A DNA stretch of 54,019 bases from a virus (taxonomy: Duplodnaviria > Caudoviricetes): the IMG/VR virus record IMGVR_UViG_3300025310_000213, positions 1-54,019 of that record. One strand, 5' to 3'. Below the pieces are notes generated by a model. The model had not been told where the DNA came from, made no database searches, and saw nothing but the letters and a program-made list of their open reading frames with translations. A program made the translations under genes and the position numbers. Shown piece by piece: positions 16,610 to 25,667 of the stretch. How positions within the stretch are numbered: the stretch's first letter is position 1; the number at the start of each line of letters is the position of its first letter.

Positions 16610-17749
16610 TTACGCGATGGCGAGCATCAGCTCGTCGTTCTCGCCGTCAGCCGTTTCGAGAGCCGTGCCCTCGAACGACCAGGTCACTTCGTCCTCGCCA
16701 TCGCTCGTTTCCGCGGGCTTGAACTCCACCCGCGGTGCAAAGATCGCGATGATCTTTCCCTCCGTGCGGCCGTTCTGCCGAAGGACCGAGAGGTTCGCAC
16801 CAGACTCGGTCTGGTCGTAAATCGCAGTTTCGTCCTCTGCAAACGCATCGAGCTTGATCTTGATCTCTCGCCGATCCTTACGGAACAGTTCGGTCGGCCG
16901 ATCGGTGCCGGCCTCGCTGTGTCGAACGGCTAGGGCGTTGTTGATCTCGGCCGAGAACATCGTGTGCTTGTAGGCATTTGCGCCCACACGAAGCTCACCC
17001 ACCATGCCGGTCGGCGGGTTGCCGCCCACCTCGGTCGCCGAACCCGGCGTCGCCTGGCCTGGGGTGATCTGTTCCTTCGCCGGTCCGCTGGCCGAGAACC
17101 GCGCCTCCTCGGTTCCGTCGAATTCGAGGCTGAGTGAATCGATGCCGGCGCCGAGCACCTCCCGTTTGAACGAGGTGTATGCGTGCAAGACATCAAGCGA
17201 CTTGGCGAGGTCAGTCGTCAGCTTGTAGGTGATGCACCCCTTGATTGCCGCGCCATCGGCAGGCGGGCCGGGCAGCGCTGGCGCCCACGTGAGCACGTTG
17301 CCGGCGACCGACGTCAGGAATCGCACGTGAAGCGTGCCGCCTTGCGAGATCAGCACCGCGTCGCGCTTGGCGAGAGTCCCGGCCGAGGCGACCGTCGCGC
17401 CCGTGGTCGTGCCAGTGCCGGGGTTGACGGTGGTCGACAGGGTCACGTTGGTCACCGATCCGAACCCGCACTCCATAACCGGATCGCACTCCGGCAGCGT
17501 GTTCAGCGTCCCCGACGGCCGGATCAGACCTTCGATCGTCTTGAGGGAGGCGTCGCTGCGTCGGTCGAACCGATTCACCGGGCCAGGGGAGTCCTTGCGT
17601 TCCGACGACGTCACACGCGCATACGGGTCCCACCCGAAGTTCACATTGATGTGCCGCATGAAGTTGGTCGGGCCGAGCGCCTCCGCGACTCCGTAGGTGG
17701 CCTCCTTTTTGAGGAATACCTTTCCCCTGCGTCCGATCTGAAGTGACAT
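16610..17749 (-). CDS. Major tail tube protein
   Basis: N-terminal KKEATYG, EINNAL and IFAPRVEF motifs; gene order. Confidence 0.8.
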   Translation of the reverse strand: MSLQIGRRGKVFLKKEATYGVAEALGPTNFMRHINVNFGWDPYARVTSSERKDSPGPVNRFDRRSDASLKTIEGLIRPSGTLNTLPECDPVMECGFGSVTNVTLSTTVNPGTGTTTGATVASAGTLAKRDAVLISQGGTLHVRFLTSVAGNVLTWAPALPGPPADGAAIKGCITYKLTTDLAKSLDVLHAYTSFKREVLGAGIDSLSLEFDGTEEARFSASGPAKEQITPGQATPGSATEVGGNPPTGMVGELRVGANAYKHTMFSAEINNALAVRHSEAGTDRPTELFRKDRREIKIKLDAFAEDETAIYDQTESGANLSVLRQNGRTEGKIIAIFAPRVEFKPAETSDGEDEVTWSFEGTALETADGENDELMLAIA

Positions 17750-17752
17750 GTC

Positions 17753-17974
17753 CTACTCCTCGTCCGGTTCCGGTTCGTCCAGCGGCGGTTCCCACGCCAG
17801 CACGTTCGGTTCGATGGCCTCGTAGTGGTCGGGGTTGACGCAACCGCTATCGATGAGGAATCGGAGCGTCTTGCCGTCGCCGAGGTTCTCGTCCATACCG
17901 ACAACCTTGCCGGCACCGATCGACACGCCCCAATCCTGACCCCTGACCTGCAGATCCACTTTGAACTTGAACAT
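17753..17974 (-). CDS. Small hypothetical protein
   Basis: Start refined to MFKFKVDL; acidic C-terminus. Confidence 0.55.
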   Translation of the reverse strand: MFKFKVDLQVRGQDWGVSIGAGKVVGMDENLGDGKTLRFLIDSGCVNPDHYEAIEPNVLAWEPPLDEPEPDEE

Positions 17975-17976
17975 CT

Positions 17977-18450
17977 CTAAGGCTCTCCATACGTGCCGTG
18001 CATGCGCACTTCCCACGGCACCACGACCATCACGACGTCGCTGCCTACGCCCACAAACGGTGCGGGTTGCTTCAACCGCAGGTCGTAAACGAGTCCTCCG
18101 AGCGTCACGTCGACGGCAAACGCTTTCTCCAGATCCGCGTGCATCTTTTCCCAAGCGTTCGCCCGCGAATCCGGATCAACCACATCTGCAACGTCCATGC
18201 GGCCAGTGATCGTTCCGGTCATGACGTCGCGCACTTGCATCGCTGGATAAAATTCGCGAACGCTGTCTGGGTCCGGCTCGATCACGTAGAATGGCAAGTC
18301 GACCCCTGGAGCCACCATCACGTTGAACGTCGGGTCGAGCGTGACGCTCTTCGGGTTCGTCACAGGGAAGTGGTAGCTGGGGCCGGTGATTCCCTGGGCG
18401 ACGGCTTTCATTGCTTTGAGCACCGCGAGACGCTTCGGATCAGGGGGCAT
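17977..18450 (-). CDS. Tail terminator-like protein
   Basis: Upstream of the tail tube; D.TLGGLV motif. Confidence 0.65.
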   Translation of the reverse strand: MPPDPKRLAVLKAMKAVAQGITGPSYHFPVTNPKSVTLDPTFNVMVAPGVDLPFYVIEPDPDSVREFYPAMQVRDVMTGTITGRMDVADVVDPDSRANAWEKMHADLEKAFAVDVTLGGLVYDLRLKQPAPFVGVGSDVVMVVVPWEVRMHGTYGEP

Positions 18451-18645
18451 CTACTTGAACGCCGCCTTGATGATCTCGACGATCAGCATGATCGTCGGAG
18501 TGATCCACGAAGCGTGCAGCGCCGTCTTCTTGACGACGGCTGCACGCTGCCCGAGCAGCCGGTCAACCTTGCTCTCGACCCTGTCGACTTTCGTTTCAAG
18601 CCGTCCCATGCGGCTCTCGAATTCGCGGCCGGTGACGTATTCCAT
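18451..18645 (-). CDS. Small coiled-coil protein with C-terminal hydrophobic segment (holin/XhlA-like candidate)
   Basis: YVTGREF...RLETKVDRVESKVDRL followed by WITPTIMLIVEIIKAAF. Confidence 0.5.
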   Translation of the reverse strand: MEYVTGREFESRMGRLETKVDRVESKVDRLLGQRAAVVKKTALHASWITPTIMLIVEIIKAAFK

Positions 18646-18651
18646 CTCTCG

Positions 18652-19254
18652 CTACCCGAAGATGCTCTTGAGTGCCTTGGCGACTGCCCTGCCAAGTTCC
18701 TCGATCGCCCACGGCCGCTTTTCCTCGATCGACCCACTGAGGTATCCAGTCCCTTTGATCGCGACCTGCGGCTTGAGCACAAACAATGGAACTGGCACTC
18801 GATTCCGGTGGCCGAACAGCACGTTCTTCCTGAAGAACGCGCCCGTATATCCAAAGGCCCGCGGGTTCTGCATCAATTGACGGGCCGAAAACCTCGCCAC
18901 ACCGCCGCGCGTCTTCGCCTCACCAATCGGGATGGCTAGGTTCGACCCACGCCGCGGGCGAATAATTCCGCCAACTTCATGTATGCGCCCATAAGGCGCC
19001 TTCGCGGAATCGACGCCGACCACGACAACCACGTCGCCGCCAGTGGCTTGAGTGCGGCTAAACACCGCTCGACTCAACGTGCCGGTGCGGGCCTTGAACA
19101 CCTGGCCACGGAGCTTCCCTTTCACGTGCGACTCGATCCCCAGGCCAATGCGACGCATGCCGTCCAACAGAGACGGCTGCAGCAACTTCGGTCCGTTATC
19201 GAGCACTGCCTTGAGTCGGTTGACGCTGGCCTGGTCGAACTTGATATCCAGCAT
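18652..19254 (-). CDS. Tail completion / HK97 gp10-like neck protein
   Basis: RTGTLSR, YGRIHEVGG motifs; gene order. Confidence 0.7.
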   Translation of the reverse strand: MLDIKFDQASVNRLKAVLDNGPKLLQPSLLDGMRRIGLGIESHVKGKLRGQVFKARTGTLSRAVFSRTQATGGDVVVVVGVDSAKAPYGRIHEVGGIIRPRRGSNLAIPIGEAKTRGGVARFSARQLMQNPRAFGYTGAFFRKNVLFGHRNRVPVPLFVLKPQVAIKGTGYLSGSIEEKRPWAIEELGRAVAKALKSIFG

Positions 19255-19256
19255 CG

Positions 19257-19844
19257 CTAGATCCCCACCCGGTGCTTCTTGAAGGCCATCACTGCGTCAC
19301 GGATGTCCTTCGGTGGCTCAGGCACGACGACCACTGACCGGCCACTTTCTGCTACCGAACTCACCACGAGCAGGTTGTTGCTCTGTCGAGTGAAGGCGAA
19401 CTTCACCCAATCGAGAGCCGCCTGAAACAGCGGCAACGCAGCCGCGTCGTCCTTCGCACCATAGCCGGCCGAGAACACGACCTCGGTCGTCATCGGTCCC
19501 TTCGGAAACGCCATCGACTTGCGGTAGAGAATCCCCAGCCGCAGATCGCACTCGTAGTCGGAAGCGTCGATCGTTTGAAACGTTCCCCGTAGGTCGTCAC
19601 GCACCTTCACGCTGGTAATGGCCGTGACCGGGTAATCCCGAAGAGGCAGGTCGTGATGACCACGTGCATCACACAACTGCGTGATGCTGCGGGTCACGAA
19701 CTTCCGCCCGGTCAGGGTTTCGATCCGATCGCTGACCCCGTCGGCTACGTCCACGATGGTCTGGTCCTTCTCGATCTGAACGGCGCCCAGATACGCTTTC
19801 ACCCGAGCAAGGGTGAACATCGTGGTGGCTTTGGTCTCGGCCAT
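19257..19844 (-). CDS. Head-tail connector protein
   Basis: TLARVKAYL, IETLTGRKF, VVFSAGYG motifs. Confidence 0.8.
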   Translation of the reverse strand: MAETKATTMFTLARVKAYLGAVQIEKDQTIVDVADGVSDRIETLTGRKFVTRSITQLCDARGHHDLPLRDYPVTAITSVKVRDDLRGTFQTIDASDYECDLRLGILYRKSMAFPKGPMTTEVVFSAGYGAKDDAAALPLFQAALDWVKFAFTRQSNNLLVVSSVAESGRSVVVVPEPPKDIRDAVMAFKKHRVGI

Positions 19845-19914
19845 GTTCCCAGCGCTCGTGTGGAAGTTGCCGGGCGGCGCACGTTGCGCCGCCTGGTGGT
19901 CTTCCGACTAGGAA

Positions 19915-20322
19915 CTAGGCGGTCGGTGCGTGGTTCGGGTGACCGAGCACCGCAACCGCCGACAGCGGACACGAGCCGGCGTTGGAGCTGACCGTTGCGA
20001 CGAGCTTCAGGAACTGCTTGGACCCGCGGTAGCCGAGCTTCTTCACGGTGTTGGCGCCGGCCGTGCCGTCCGCCACTCCCGCAGCCGCCTCGGTGCCTAG
20101 CAGATCCGTATCGGCGACAGGCGTGTAGACGCCGCCGCTGGTGTCGCACTCCTGCAGTTCGATCGCCACGGCGCCATCGGTCTTGTTGCCGTAGGAGATG
20201 ACGAACTCGACGCTCTTGTGACCGGCGAGATCGACTACTTCACCGGTAATCGTCTCGTTGCCGACAGACGTCTTGGCGTCGATGGCTCGGGCGACCTTCA
20301 CCTTGTTGTGCAGATCACGCAT
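19915..20322 (-). CDS. Probable head decoration/auxiliary virion protein
   Basis: Directly after the capsid gene; MRDLHN...KLGYRGSK.F.KL...AVLGHP. Confidence 0.6.
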   Translation of the reverse strand: MRDLHNKVKVARAIDAKTSVGNETITGEVVDLAGHKSVEFVISYGNKTDGAVAIELQECDTSGGVYTPVADTDLLGTEAAAGVADGTAGANTVKKLGYRGSKQFLKLVATVSSNAGSCPLSAVAVLGHPNHAPTA

Positions 20323-20406
20323 CGTCAGTTGACCCTCTCCCCGCCACTTTCCCGTCGACGCCCGGTTACGGGGTTCGCCGGCCGTCGCCCTCGAATCGAG
20401 GAAGTG

Positions 20407-20435
20407 AATAAATAAGAGCGGGCAACAGCCCGCTC
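20407..20435 (-). terminator. Hairpin terminator/attenuator after the capsid gene
   Basis: GAGCGGGC-aaca-GCCCGCTC followed by UUAUUUAUU on the minus strand. Confidence 0.65.
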
Positions 20436-20452
20436 CAACCTTTAGGCCGCGA

Positions 20453-21613
20453 CTACGCGCTGACCTTCTGCTTGACGATCGCTTCCGCGAGAACCACCTG
20501 GCCGCCGACCCGGCGCGTGGTGTAGAACTCGACGAACGGCTTGGCCGAATACGGGTCGCGGAGAACGCGGATGCCCTGGCGGTCGACGATCACGTATCCG
20601 GCCTTGAAGTCGCCGAACAGGATCGGGTAGGTGCCCGCCGACGCGAGCGGCATGTCGATCGCTTCGCGGTAGGGCTGACCGAGAATCGTCGATGGGCTCT
20701 TCTCGCCGAGCGCCGGCTGCCAGAGATACTGTCCCTGGGTGTCCTTGAATTTGCGGATGTCGCCGACCGTCTTTCGGCGAAGCAGCCAGGTCGCATTGAC
20801 CGCATAGGGTTCCGGCAGCGCGTGGAACAGGTCGATGATCCCGTTCGCGGTGAGCAGGTTCGCATCGCCTGACACGACTTCTGCGATGTCGGCGTTCGTG
20901 AGCAGGCCCTCGGGCTGCGTCACACCGTTGCCGCTGATAAACGCCGTGCCCTCGCGCTTGCCGAAGCGCTGCTGCACCTTGCGCGAGATCCAGCCCTCGA
21001 CGTCGAACGCGACGTCGTCGAGCATCTTCTGCGTCGCGCGGGGCTTCGCATACTGCTCGAAGGTCGGAATCTGGTCGAGCGCGAACGTGCCGGTGACCGT
21101 CTCGGGACGATCCTGGCGCTCGGACACCCAGCCGTCGTCGAAGTTCGTCGAGCCTTCCTTCGGCACGTCGAGCGAATCGCCGACACCGATGGTCTCGATC
21201 GTCGCCAGTTCGCGGACCGGCGAAATCTCGACGAGCTTCTCGATAATGCCGGCGCGCACGTTGCGTGGAAGGAAGTAGCCGCCGTCCGGGTCGGAATCAG
21301 TCGCGAGAGCCTTGAACTCGACCTCGCTGATCCCCTTCTCGCCCTTGCGGAAATACTTGTTGAAGGCCGCGCGATACTCGCGGTCCTGCTGCGACTCCTC
21401 GGCGCGATCGGGCACCGCCACCTGGTGTCGCTGTATCTTGACGTCGAGCTGATCGAGACGCGTGTTGATGGCATCGAGCTTCGCTTTCGTCTCACCGAGC
21501 GTCTCGCCGAACTTCCGCTGCTCCTCGGCTGCGCGGCCTTCGAGCACTCCCTTAAACTCGTTGAACTCGCGGTTCAACTTCTCGATGGTGTCCTTCAGTT
21601 CCTTCGTATCCAT
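20453..21613 (-). CDS. Major capsid protein, HK97 family
   Basis: N-terminal coiled-coil delta domain; DGGYFLP, AFISGNG..QPEGLL, KDTQGQYLWQP, ILFGDF, RRVGG. Confidence 0.97.
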   Translation of the reverse strand: MDTKELKDTIEKLNREFNEFKGVLEGRAAEEQRKFGETLGETKAKLDAINTRLDQLDVKIQRHQVAVPDRAEESQQDREYRAAFNKYFRKGEKGISEVEFKALATDSDPDGGYFLPRNVRAGIIEKLVEISPVRELATIETIGVGDSLDVPKEGSTNFDDGWVSERQDRPETVTGTFALDQIPTFEQYAKPRATQKMLDDVAFDVEGWISRKVQQRFGKREGTAFISGNGVTQPEGLLTNADIAEVVSGDANLLTANGIIDLFHALPEPYAVNATWLLRRKTVGDIRKFKDTQGQYLWQPALGEKSPSTILGQPYREAIDMPLASAGTYPILFGDFKAGYVIVDRQGIRVLRDPYSAKPFVEFYTTRRVGGQVVLAEAIVKQKVSA

Positions 21614-21621
21614 GTGTCCTT

Positions 21622-22341
21622 TTACTCCTTCGCCGCAGCGCGAAGGCTGCGCATCGTGGTGAGCAGTCGCTGCGCCGAAGTCAGCAGCTCCTTCTGTGCT
21701 TCTTTGTCGTCTTTGTCCGGGTTGCTCGCGTCGAGCAGCTCCTGAAGAAGCTGCACAACGTCGGAAATCTTTTGACGGTTCGATGCGCTCAGAACTCGAC
21801 CCGCCTTGACATCGGGGAGCACCTGCAGCACTAGATGGGCGAGACGTTCATCAGGAAGCGCTGACAAGGCTGCCTTGACGTCCGTCACGCGAGCAAACGG
21901 GTTCGCCGGGAACGTCACCAGGCTGACTTCCATCAGCTTGATTTCGTTCAACTGGCGCACACCCTGAACGTAGGAATCGCCGCCTGGAGGGACCTCGTAT
22001 CCGATTGAGATGCCAGTCAGCAGGCCGTGCTGCAGCCGAACGTAGTCGTCCTTCGCGGCGGGAAGTTCCAACACCAACTGCCCGTCAACGAGCAGCGCGG
22101 TGTCGGAATCCGTGAGCTTGGCTTTGCCGATGGAAGCGCGGGTGTCATGCTGGCTCAGAACGACGATCTCGCCGGGAGCCAGACCTGGGGCGGGCTCCGC
22201 GAGCGTCTTCGTGAAAGCGCCCGGCATGACGACATCGCCGTAGGAGTCCTTGACGCCATAAACGCTGGCGCGCCCCGAGAAGCGACCGGGCTTCTCTGCG
22301 TCAGCCTTGACGTCGAAACGAAATACCTTCGGCAGTTCCAC
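21622..22341 (-). CDS. HK97 prohead protease
   Basis: FSGRASVYGVKDSYGDVVMPGAF, QH, GISIGY, EVSLVTFPAN. Confidence 0.95.
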   Translation of the reverse strand: MELPKVFRFDVKADAEKPGRFSGRASVYGVKDSYGDVVMPGAFTKTLAEPAPGLAPGEIVVLSQHDTRASIGKAKLTDSDTALLVDGQLVLELPAAKDDYVRLQHGLLTGISIGYEVPPGGDSYVQGVRQLNEIKLMEVSLVTFPANPFARVTDVKAALSALPDERLAHLVLQVLPDVKAGRVLSASNRQKISDVVQLLQELLDASNPDKDDKEAQKELLTSAQRLLTTMRSLRAAAKE

Positions 22342-22408
22342 GAAGACGACCCTACGGGTAGTCCTCGCGGGTGTATCTACAAACGAGTTGTCTTTTTATT
22401 GCCCAGGC

Positions 22409-22870
22409 TTACGCGGCAACAGGCGTGCGGAGCTTCTGAATCTCGCTAGACAGTTCAGGCGTCAATCGAAACCACTCGCCGCGAACCCGATAGGAGGCAA
22501 ACTGCTCGTGATACTTACGTTCCAATGCCGGGCCGCCTTCGACAGTTGCCAACACGGTCAGGGGTTTGCCAGCTTCGAATGACAATTGCTGGAGTCGTTT
22601 CTCGACGTTCAACGAGAACCCGATCTTTACAAGCTCGCCATCCGAAATGAAATACACCCGTCGATGGATTGGTTTCCGATGCCACTTGCGAACGAGCGGC
22701 TGGTGTTCTTTCCTAAATGGCGAGACACCATCATGACAATCCGCGACAATCTCGTTGATGGCATCACGGACGAAATCCGACATCGTCTGATGGTTGCGGT
22801 CCGCGAGCTTCTTTAGAAGCTCTTTATCTGTGTCAGTGATACGAAGGATGATGACGGCAGTCCGCTTCAT
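22409..22870 (-). CDS. RHH plus GIY-YIG (T5orf172/MUG113-type) protein
   Basis: N-terminal RHH-like ILRIT...TMSDFVRDAI; VYFI...VKIGFS..VEKRL...E...H..F...RVRGEWF. Confidence 0.85.
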   Translation of the reverse strand: MKRTAVIILRITDTDKELLKKLADRNHQTMSDFVRDAINEIVADCHDGVSPFRKEHQPLVRKWHRKPIHRRVYFISDGELVKIGFSLNVEKRLQQLSFEAGKPLTVLATVEGGPALERKYHEQFASYRVRGEWFRLTPELSSEIQKLRTPVAA

Positions 22871-23454
22871 TCTTCGTCAAGCACCGGTTCAAAGTCCCGC
22901 AGGCAACCGGGGTGCGCGATCGGCTTGGCCAGGGCTTCCTCGATCGTCCAGATCTGACCGTTGGCCTGGCGGCACTCCTCGTCGCTGTCGTCGCTATCGA
23001 TCACCCTAACCTTGCTCACGCCGGCTTGCCGATACCCGAGCGTGTTGCCATAGTTATAGGCGATTGACGTTTCCGCTCGTGCGATGCGATCGGCACGCCA
23101 GTCGGCATAACCATCGAAGCGTTCACGCACCTTTTCAGCCACGATGTCGCCGATCTGCTCGGCGGACCCACCATCCTTAGCGATGATCTCGCGCAGCATG
23201 TCAGCGACTTCCTGCTTCGTGGTGTCGTCGAGGCTGGTGATGCGCTCGCCGACGTAGTCGGTGAGTTGCCTCTTGACGAACGGATCGTCGACGTCGAACG
23301 CCACCTCGGCGCCGGCCCGAACCGCGCCGCGGTTGCCCTGGATGGTGAGGATTTCCGTGAACGACTTGTCGAGCATGTTGCTCACGAACTCGTGATACGA
23401 CTCCCAATCAAACCGATCAACAAGGGCGATGATCTGCGCGGGCGTCAGCGGCAT
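22867..23454 (-). CDS. Minor head protein (SPP1 gp7/Mu gpF-like)
   Basis: RADRIARAETS.AYN, C...NG, PIAHPGC.R motifs. Confidence 0.85.
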   Translation of the reverse strand: MPLTPAQIIALVDRFDWESYHEFVSNMLDKSFTEILTIQGNRGAVRAGAEVAFDVDDPFVKRQLTDYVGERITSLDDTTKQEVADMLREIIAKDGGSAEQIGDIVAEKVRERFDGYADWRADRIARAETSIAYNYGNTLGYRQAGVSKVRVIDSDDSDEECRQANGQIWTIEEALAKPIAHPGCLRDFEPVLDEE

Positions 23455-23457
23455 GCG

Positions 23458-25047
23458 TTATGCTGCGAGCTTGCGGATTTCGTTGCGGAGGAAGTTGGCA
23501 AGGTTGGCACCTTGCTCTTTGAAGTGTCGGCTCATGCCCTTCCGAATTACTTCTTCGAGCGCCCGCTGCCGCGACGTCAGCCGTTTGGCCTTCTCTTCAA
23601 GTTCCGCGATATTCGCGTCGAGCGTTGCCAGGGCCGCTGCCTTCTGTTCCGGTGTCCACTCCTTGGAATCCTCGACGGCCTTCCGCACCATGTCGGCGAA
23701 CGACCGCAGCGACGTCACCGTGCCGGATGGGAACCCCGGCTGCCCGGTTGCACCGGGTGTCGGGTTCAAGATCGACTCGGGCACATCGGCGAGCGGATCG
23801 GCGATCGTTTCGAATCCGGTGCCCACACGTTTCTCGTTCGTCGAGAGGAACCGCGTGCGGTTAAACATGTCGAAGACCTTGGCGCGGTCTTCCTGCAGGG
23901 CGTCGATCTGGTCGCGATCATAATCGACGAAGATCCGATCGCCGAAGAGCGGTGCGAGTCGCTGGTTGTAGCTGTCGCGCAGCCGGTCGAGCAGCGGCAG
24001 GTTGGCTTCCTGCCACATCGCCTTGCGCGCCTCAGCCAAGGAGTTGTAGGTCTTGGCGTCGGGCACGCCGATGATCTCGGGTGCAAGGTGATAGACGCGG
24101 CAGATCCGGATGGCCGCGTCCCTCATGCCGGCGAGGAAGTCCAACTCCATCGGCGTGAGGCCCATCGGCTCCCACTTGATACCGCCTTCGAGGAACATGG
24201 GCGTGCCAGCGTTCTTCGCGCCCATGTAGCTTTCCCGAATTTCCGCCTTCAGCCGATCGTAGACGTCGTCGGCCACCGTCGTCGGCGCCACCAGGGCACC
24301 CGACGTTCGGCCGGCGTTGTTCAGCAGCGCGTAATTCCAATCCGAGCCGAGGTTCTCCGTCTGCCAGGCGCGCACCGATGCTTGCAGTGGCGACATCCCG
24401 TAGAAGTCGTCGGTCGGGTTGAAGAACTTATGATGAATGACCGACGTCGGTTCGAACGGCTTCTCCTTACGACCGTTGACGGTGTATTGGTAGCCGCCGA
24501 CGATGCCGATCGCGGGGTTGTCGGACGGCAGCACCTCCGTGCGGTCCGGTCGCAGGTTCCAGATCTCGATCGGCCGCCCGCGGTTCGGTCCACTTTCAGG
24601 CGCGAGGAACTTCTCATACGCATTGCCCGAGATCAGCCAGTAGGAAATCAACTGCTCGATGTAGTCGCCCTGCGCCTGCGAATCGTTCGGACGTTCCAGC
24701 AGCTTCAACAGAGGATGATCAGTGACTTCAGTTTGTGCGAGGGCTTTGCGGAGGAACGGGTAGCGCACACCATCGGCGCTTTTCACAAACGACTTCTGAT
24801 GCGTCGACAGCGACATGATCCGACGCGCCTTCGAGTTGCTCGTGCGGCCGAATTCATACAGCACCCACGGCACCGTGGCACACGCCTGAGCGATCGTGCT
24901 CACGCATGCGTAGACAGTCGGGTTGCGCTTATAGCCGTCGTTGGCGAGGCGTTCGTAATTGTCGTGATGCACCGGCCCGGTGACGTTCAAGCCGAGCACG
25001 ATGACGCGAGAGACGGGGTTCGCTTTACGTGAGAAGGGCCAGCGCAT
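23458..25047 (-). CDS. Portal protein, HK97 family
   Basis: VYACVSTIA, GNAY, FYGMSPL, NAG.PMFLEGG, ICRVY..PEIIG motifs. Confidence 0.95.
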   Translation of the reverse strand: MRWPFSRKANPVSRVIVLGLNVTGPVHHDNYERLANDGYKRNPTVYACVSTIAQACATVPWVLYEFGRTSNSKARRIMSLSTHQKSFVKSADGVRYPFLRKALAQTEVTDHPLLKLLERPNDSQAQGDYIEQLISYWLISGNAYEKFLAPESGPNRGRPIEIWNLRPDRTEVLPSDNPAIGIVGGYQYTVNGRKEKPFEPTSVIHHKFFNPTDDFYGMSPLQASVRAWQTENLGSDWNYALLNNAGRTSGALVAPTTVADDVYDRLKAEIRESYMGAKNAGTPMFLEGGIKWEPMGLTPMELDFLAGMRDAAIRICRVYHLAPEIIGVPDAKTYNSLAEARKAMWQEANLPLLDRLRDSYNQRLAPLFGDRIFVDYDRDQIDALQEDRAKVFDMFNRTRFLSTNEKRVGTGFETIADPLADVPESILNPTPGATGQPGFPSGTVTSLRSFADMVRKAVEDSKEWTPEQKAAALATLDANIAELEEKAKRLTSRQRALEEVIRKGMSRHFKEQGANLANFLRNEIRKLAA

Positions 25048-25540
25048 TTAGTCCACCCGCTCCCTGGCTTCGTCGATGAAGTGTTTCCGTGCGGACGGCA
25101 CGACAGCTTTCGTCGCCTCCATCTTGCCGCCGCACCGACCGCACGGACCCGGATCGCTGCCGATTACCGCATGGCGAGTCCCTCCGCAACTGACGCATCG
25201 CACAAGGTGGGTGCGTTCGATCATTCGGGGTCCACCCTACGGATCAAGGAGTCGGTTGTCGAGGGTTTGTTATTGCCCTGGCATGCAGCGCAGGTTTTGC
25301 CGATTCGTTCCGTCACCCAGGTGCGGCACCTCGGGCAACGCCAGCGGGTTACGACACCGTCTTGCAACACTCCGCGTCGAACGCCAAGCGATATTGCACC
25401 AGAAGTGCCAACCCTTCGTCGTCGAGGGCTTCGACGTGTTCCCGCTGCCCGAGCCATACGAGGTAGTGGTTCGACTTTCGTTGTAAGAACAAATGCCCAT
25501 CGATCAGCCGGACGAGGAACGATTCGTAATGGGCCGGCAT
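25048..25540 (-). other. Three small ORFs between terminase and portal (25048-25224 and about 25221-25367 with CxxC pairs; 25349-25540)
   Basis: CVSC...CGRC and CPRC...CAAC Zn-ribbon patterns; coupled starts and stops. Confidence 0.5.
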
Positions 25541-25667
25541 GGGGGTAAGGACGAAGGCGAAGCTCTGTGGTCTCGGGGCTTCTCGGTTATTTGTGAACGC
25601 CGCTCAAGTGTGCCGGCTTCGCCTTCATGAGAGCACCCTGCCATGAAACACGAAGGAGTCAAGTCCC

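Noticed and set aside
10258-20455. Genome-wide TAG recoding, suggested by in-frame TAG junctions at 10258, 18451 and 18652
   Set aside because: Core genes are uninterrupted in the standard code, TAG ends capsid and connector genes at expected lengths, and similar in-frame junctions use TAA or TGA.
25640-25662. Third TTGACTCC promoter (minus strand, after terL)
   Set aside because: No credible -10 element at 16-18 bp and no operator copy nearby.
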